Part shown: positions 59,801 through 64,000 of the stretch, in pieces
Numbering within the stretch: position 1 is the first letter of the stretch
How the letters are laid out: every line of letters starts with the position of its first letter
From: a virus
Length of the DNA stretch: 64,000 nt
Direction: 5' to 3' (one strand)
IMG/VR virus record: IMGVR_UViG_3300042569_001787
Span: 28,751 to 92,750 of that record
The notes under the pieces: model-generated
What the model saw: only the letters and a program-made list of their open reading frames with translations
What the model was told of the DNA's origin: nothing
Databases searched by the model: none
Position numbers and translations under genes: made by a program

Positions 59801-60457
59801 AATGAGCAAAAATTAGGTAGAATATTTATTGAGGACAAAAGAGATAACAAATATTTAATTCAAGATAAATTAACAATACCTAAAACAACTATAACTAAAA
59901 AAGAATGGGATGGTAATGTTTGGTGGGGTAATCAAGGCAACACACCGCAATGTGTTGGTTATGCTTGGGCACATTGGATTTGTGATGGGCCAATAACTCA
60001 TAGAGGAGCTTTACCAATAATCCAACCATCGTTGATTTATCGTGAAGCTCAAAAGGTTGATGAATGGCCGGGTGAAAGGTATAACGGTACGTCTGTTAGA
60101 GGTGGTGCAAAATATCTAATGAGTTCAGGTAAAATATCATCATACTTATGGGCGTTTGATATTAACACACTAATTAATACTGTGTTAAATGTTGGACCAG
60201 TCGTTGTTGGAACCAATTGGTATTATAATATGTTTTTTCCTAATAAAAATGGTTTAATTCGTTTAAGTGGACATATTGCGGGAGGACACGCTTATGTTAT
60301 TAATGGAGTGAACACCATCACAAAACAATTTAGAATTAAAAATAGTTGGGGGAAAGCTTGGGGAGTTTCAGGACATGCCTATATAAGTTTTTCAGATATG
60401 AAAAGACTAATAATAGAAAGGGGTGAAATCTGTTTAGCAATAGAGAAACCTTTCTAA
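56816..60457 (+). CDS. Large Cys-rich virion protein with LamG-like elements, Thr/Pro tracts and a C-terminal papain-like (C1) protease
   Basis: LKIYVNG...FDGAISQFRMY; poly-T and PT repeats; NQGNTPQCVGYA, GGHAY, KNSWG. Confidence 0.75.
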   Translation: MASQNINQYYRPNWSLKLNLDSSDMSLTSDEQDYNQEVVFSPYLIAQTYGDRLPIYFDINNPLSVQNQTLLYKQYNNNNIFVSQNYYNPNNEDLTCYSSSTSCDIGLTGIDNGLVDQMTGETITFTKGLYSDYLKFNRMYYDRRLKLHQVTGHTMSPNVRFSGFNKTVLYEVVSKSSPFEGRYHELYGGFYQGFYKLFGFDYEVFPERMNKGWSVEMVLKPRLFNEHTPLPNETTLNEIYPNNKNTFFYFGTRAENKFYHHASGSPLCFSGYNRVTSGLTELQTCACCNRTITDSRCIFVYPPRSVNNIHDPHVNYGCGSCKGDPQKKITCGCDCNLDPCETCGWECQTHVCSTVIEPTPTPSPTPTPIPDCELPPVCSPSCDVCTPTTTCYNCNTGFTSIENTCETNPIYDSMSNALSFRLCGDPKNPGIGVRMLKFTGDCVTTGSCETSGITYTTGHTIVDYCTPPIYPTCLLENPAWLDEEHWFQVDAVWERYTWLDTCDLWYRGGLGDITEKLYLESLANNASSLITVPYTQIDCKPSEQIELVRLNEKWLIDKLYRNGRLKIYVNGKLFHTIENFEEIIPRGLDTDKEKQVGVPFNISWGGGTQGLRENLTFSSITQPYGPYIQDPENFPINDLSGTTFSGLKTNILIEQNFAGTFDGAISQFRMYVTPLSAPEVKHNFNLLKNIFRMFNPDCPDCSTSVCLPNDFTYKISDETTTTTTTANLTTTTTTSNLTTTTTTTYSPTTTTTTYSPTTTTTTYSQTPTPTKQPSVSWPPTSTPTPTPTPTPTVYTPGECIRFIDDFTDCTGTIALPSNISPSTQINGKSSYYFTYFALAPPTVLMRISWDNINNYWILEDMSTYYPLPNPLAYLPINSLTPIGGTNQWLPLPNIIGSCLYGGGVGIQNINFLTYTVIGDCSSCCKTFQLYSGFGPGTGSTYQILYCDNTVEVIDVPLYVTITYKCAINVIKLNGGGTVTVVDINCDCDPNNLTLFNEQKLGRIFIEDKRDNKYLIQDKLTIPKTTITKKEWDGNVWWGNQGNTPQCVGYAWAHWICDGPITHRGALPIIQPSLIYREAQKVDEWPGERYNGTSVRGGAKYLMSSGKISSYLWAFDINTLINTVLNVGPVVVGTNWYYNMFFPNKNGLIRLSGHIAGGHAYVINGVNTITKQFRIKNSWGKAWGVSGHAYISFSDMKRLIIERGEICLAIEKPF

Positions 60458-60612
60458 TTACAACGTTAACCTTCGTTCCTTGTTAGACACCAATATTATC
60501 ATAAGAATTTAAACTAACAAAAAAACTAAAGATATAAATAAAATCCTCCGAAGTTTTGGGGGATTTTTTGTTTTATAAAAGAGTTAAAGTAAACACCAAC
60601 TATTTATTCAAT

Positions 60613-60921
60613 ATGACGCAAATTGAGATTACTGGAGTTTTTGGAGTTACATTACCGTATAATTTATATGTATGTGATGTCTATGGTAATCAATGTGTTT
60701 TGTTGGCAACTGTTAACGTTTCTGTACCACCCGCAATATCAATGTTACTACCTACACAATTTGATTCGGCGCCATCTGTTGGTGTTAAAATTATTGATTT
60801 TTTGGGGTGTGAGAAGTTTGGAATAATTTATTGTGGTTTAATCACATCTCTTAGTGATTACCAAAATGGGGAATCTTTTATTTTTATGGATGCAAATATT
60901 TATACAGTTGAAACCCAATAA
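60613..60921 (+). CDS. Small structural protein
   Basis: In-frame ATG 5 nt after TATTTAT; PYNLYVCD. Confidence 0.55.
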   Translation: MTQIEITGVFGVTLPYNLYVCDVYGNQCVLLATVNVSVPPAISMLLPTQFDSAPSVGVKIIDFLGCEKFGIIYCGLITSLSDYQNGESFIFMDANIYTVETQ

Positions 60922-60968
60922 AAACCAAATTATAAAAATATTCATATTTATACATATAGACTAATAAG

Positions 60969-61205
60969 ATGCCGAATTATCAAAGACTGACCAAAAGACC
61001 CCAATCACTGATAGTATCGCCAGATGACATTGCACACATTGTTATTACGGGAGATACATTACAAAATCCTGCAAGTTCGTCATACAAATCAAGTATACAA
61101 CAAATTGTGTATGAGTTATTACTTGGTGGTTTATTGGTTATTAGTGGTCAAAATATTTTTTCAGGAATTAATGGTGCGTTAAGAATAAGTGAGACTAATA
61201 TATGA
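60969..61205 (+). CDS. Hypothetical protein
   Basis: 78-aa ORF; late motif upstream. Confidence 0.5.
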   Translation: MPNYQRLTKRPQSLIVSPDDIAHIVITGDTLQNPASSSYKSSIQQIVYELLLGGLLVISGQNIFSGINGALRISETNI

Positions 61206-62620
61206 ACGAAACAATTGTAATATCTAGTGCCAATTATGATGGTCAAATTGTTAATGTCGTATTTAAACCTGACAACAGTATGGATGCGATTAATTTAGGT
61301 GATGTATTATTACCTTTTTTATTTGAACCCGACTTATTAATACCCCCAAGAGAAATTTATGGGACTTACACTATTTTATCGGTTAATTCAGACTGTCCTA
61401 ACTTCTTATCTGTTGCTAGACCAACACCGACACCAACACCGACACCAACAAATACACCAACAAGTACACCGACGGTAACGCCAACAAATACTCCAACACC
61501 AACTTTAGACCCATGTAAGGTTCCGACTCCAACCCCAACAGTTACCCCCACACCAACCAATACTCCAACCAATACCCCAACACCAAGTGCAACTTGTACA
61601 AATCCTTGTGGTTGTCCTAAACCAAGTAAAACTCCAAGACCAACCCCAACTTCAACTCCTACTCCAACATATAACCCTTGTGCAACATCTACACCAACAC
61701 CAACACAAACACCAACAGTAACACCAACGCCTGTAACACCTACGCCGACACCAACAGTAACACCAACGCCTGTAACACCTACACCAACAAAAACACCAAC
61801 AAATACTCCTACACCAACAAAAACACCAACAAATACTCCTACCCCAACAAATACATCAACACCAGGATTATCACCAACCCCAACCCCAACTAACACCCCA
61901 ACACCTACATCAACCACAACTAACACCCCAACACCTACATCAACCTTAACACCAACTCCTACGCCAACAGTACCTCCAATATTTGCTTATGTGGTCCCTG
62001 AACCTCAAGACAATGGTGATTCATCAACATCGGTGTATAAATTAGGTAGTTATATGTATTACTTAAGTGATGGTGTTACTATAGATACTAATGTTGATTG
62101 GTATGGGTATAGTAGTGGTGGATGGGCAGACCCAACAAACCCTTACTATAGTTATATGATGGATAAGTATATTTCTTACTCAGGATTTACTTTAGGTTCT
62201 GATGGTAATTTTATGACACCAGTATCATCATTTAATGGATTGATTAAACAATCCCCTGGTGTAGGTACAGACGGATATGGATGTTCAATTAACCAATATA
62301 CATTTGAAACTATTACAATTAGTACTTTAAATATAAACCCTAATGAATATTATTTTTATTCTGTGTGGATACCATTATCGGGTGTTGGGGGTGTTATGAA
62401 TAATATGACAATAGGTGTTGGATATATGTCATACCCTTGCAGTTTTGACCTTTTATTAACTCCGGCAACAACAATTTCAACTACTGACATTACAGTAACT
62501 TCAGGGGCGGCAATTCCTGCGGGAGTTTACCGTGTATTATATTGTTCCGTATCAACTTTATTACCACCATCCACACCATCAACAAATAATTTTTATTTCA
62601 AAGGGGAGACTAAAAGTTAA
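61202..62620 (+). CDS. Mucin-like Pro/Thr-repeat structural protein
   Basis: About 185 aa of PTPT repeats between globular ends. Confidence 0.7.
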   Translation: MNETIVISSANYDGQIVNVVFKPDNSMDAINLGDVLLPFLFEPDLLIPPREIYGTYTILSVNSDCPNFLSVARPTPTPTPTPTNTPTSTPTVTPTNTPTPTLDPCKVPTPTPTVTPTPTNTPTNTPTPSATCTNPCGCPKPSKTPRPTPTSTPTPTYNPCATSTPTPTQTPTVTPTPVTPTPTPTVTPTPVTPTPTKTPTNTPTPTKTPTNTPTPTNTSTPGLSPTPTPTNTPTPTSTTTNTPTPTSTLTPTPTPTVPPIFAYVVPEPQDNGDSSTSVYKLGSYMYYLSDGVTIDTNVDWYGYSSGGWADPTNPYYSYMMDKYISYSGFTLGSDGNFMTPVSSFNGLIKQSPGVGTDGYGCSINQYTFETITISTLNINPNEYYFYSVWIPLSGVGGVMNNMTIGVGYMSYPCSFDLLLTPATTISTTDITVTSGAAIPAGVYRVLYCSVSTLLPPSTPSTNNFYFKGETKS

Positions 62621-62649
62621 TTTTCAAATAATTATAATAAAAAAGATTT

Positions 62650-64000
62650 ATGCCGTTTCCATATAAAAATCCATTAAACGCTCAACTTTTAATAGGGCCT
62701 TATACTGTCGCTAGAAATTCAGTACAAGGCACAGATTACAGTGTGCTTGGTATTGGTGGATGGATGGAAGTTGCTAATCTTAGAGACCTTTCATTAACTT
62801 TTGCGGGGATTGGGTTACAAACTTTATCTGCGAATACAATACCAATCAATATATACATTGGTAATGGAACACCATTTAACCCATCATACATTAATTTAAA
62901 TTCGGACAATTTTTCATCAGGAAGAAGAAGAATTGGTATGATTGCTTATGTTAATGAAACAGGATTAGCATATCAATATCAGATTGATAATTATGAATCA
63001 CTATGGAACGCAGCTACAGGCGCAACAGGTACGGTTACATTTAACCCTTATGACACCCAAGTTAAAAATAATAGTGTTGCAGGTCAAAATTTTATAAATG
63101 CGTGGACAGGTTCAACTATTGAAGGGGTATCAGGAACTACAAGAACAAATGCTAGATGGAGAATATTTCCTGAAGATTGTTGTTTAACAGGGGGAACTTA
63201 TTTTTCGGCAACTAGTCAATTAGATTTATATAATAGTGATGGTACTACGGTAGTTGTTACAGGTATTACCGCATCAGGGGGTGGTTCAGGAACTTCAGGT
63301 TCAAGTGGGACATCTGGCTCAAGTGGTTCTTCAGGAACTAGTGGAACATCTGGCTCAAGTGGAAGTTCAGGTTCAAGTGGTGATAGTGGTTCTTCAGGAA
63401 CTAGCGGAACATCAGGTTCAAGTGGCTCAAGCGGAAGTTCAGGGAATGACGGTTCTTCAGGAACTAGCGGAACATCAGGGTCTAGTGGTATTAGTGGGGT
63501 GAACGGTTCTTCAGGAACTAGCGGAACATCAGGTTCAAGTGGTTCTTCAGGAGATAGTGGTTCTTCAGGAACTAGCGGAACATCAGGTTCAAGCGGAAGT
63601 TCAGGTTCTTCAGGAACAAGTGGCTCAAGCGGAAGTTCAGGAAATGACGGTTCTTCAGGAACTAGCGGTTCTTCAGGAACTAGCGGAACATCAGGCTCAA
63701 GCGGTTCTTCAGGTGATAGTGGTTCTTCAGGAACTAGCGGAACATCAGGCTCAAGTGGAAGTTCAGGTTCTTCAGGAACAAGTGGCTCAAGCGGAAGTTC
63801 AGGAAATGACGGTTCTTCAGGAACTAGCGGAACATCAGGCTCAAGTGGAAGTTCAGGTTCAAGTGGTGATAGTGGTTCTTCAGGAACAAGTGGCTCAAGC
63901 GGAAGTTCAGGAAATGACGGTTCTTCAGGAACTAGCGGAACATCAGGCTCAAGTGGAAGTTCAGGTTCAAGTGGTGATAGTGGTTCTTCAGGAACTAGCG
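62650..64000 (+). CDS. Tail-fibre-like protein with collagen-like (G-S/T-S)n repeat, truncated by the window end
   Basis: ATG at 62650 (MPFPYKNPLN...), open to the end; SGTSGSSG repeats from ~63285. Confidence 0.8.
   Translation, partial: MPFPYKNPLNAQLLIGPYTVARNSVQGTDYSVLGIGGWMEVANLRDLSLTFAGIGLQTLSANTIPINIYIGNGTPFNPSYINLNSDNFSSGRRRIGMIAYVNETGLAYQYQIDNYESLWNAATGATGTVTFNPYDTQVKNNSVAGQNFINAWTGSTIEGVSGTTRTNARWRIFPEDCCLTGGTYFSATSQLDLYNSDGTTVVVTGITASGGGSGTSGSSGTSGSSGSSGTSGTSGSSGSSGSSGDSGSSGTSGTSGSSGSSGSSGNDGSSGTSGTSGSSGISGVNGSSGTSGTSGSSGSSGDSGSSGTSGTSGSSGSSGSSGTSGSSGSSGNDGSSGTSGSSGTSGTSGSSGSSGDSGSSGTSGTSGSSGSSGSSGTSGSSGSSGNDGSSGTSGTSGSSGSSGSSGDSGSSGTSGSSGSSGNDGSSGTSGTSGSSGSSGSSGDSGSSGTS

Noticed and set aside
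63254-63502. 82-aa VQVVLQEL ORF
   Set aside because: Alternative frame of the Gly-Ser repeat gene starting at 62650
1-64000. Stop-codon recoding
   Set aside because: Core genes are full length in code 11 and no suppressor tRNA was seen

Overview
A 64 kb AT-rich segment of a T4-like jumbo myophage (standard code), almost certainly infecting Bacteroidota, since TTTG...TAnnTTTG promoters occur throughout. It resembles the freshwater 'bS21 phages'. Contents: (1) a head/packaging module (TerL, portal, prohead protease, scaffold, major capsid protein) with ribosomal protein bS21 on the opposite strand; (2) a gp55-like late sigma factor and a recurrent TATTTAT late-promoter motif; (3) two glycosyl/methyl/cytidylyl-transferase clusters, PhoH, dUTPase, a DenV-like glycosylase, an N-terminally truncated ClpC, several peptidoglycan peptidases and Ser/Thr/Pro-rich tail proteins; (4) a rich RNA complement of 6 tRNAs, a truncated tRNA, a tmRNA with a long tag, a ~810-nt GOLLD-like RNA behind three tandem promoters, and several unassigned small structured RNAs. 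The most novel-looking signal is a non-coding hairpin/terminator cassette (about 1204-1298) whose core is a 17-bp complement of the Bacteroidota 16S rRNA 3' tail. With bS21, an atypical initiator tRNA, tmRNA/ClpC and apparently leaderless mRNAs, it suggests a phage system that reprograms host ribosomes. All calls are by eye from motifs; no searches were run.
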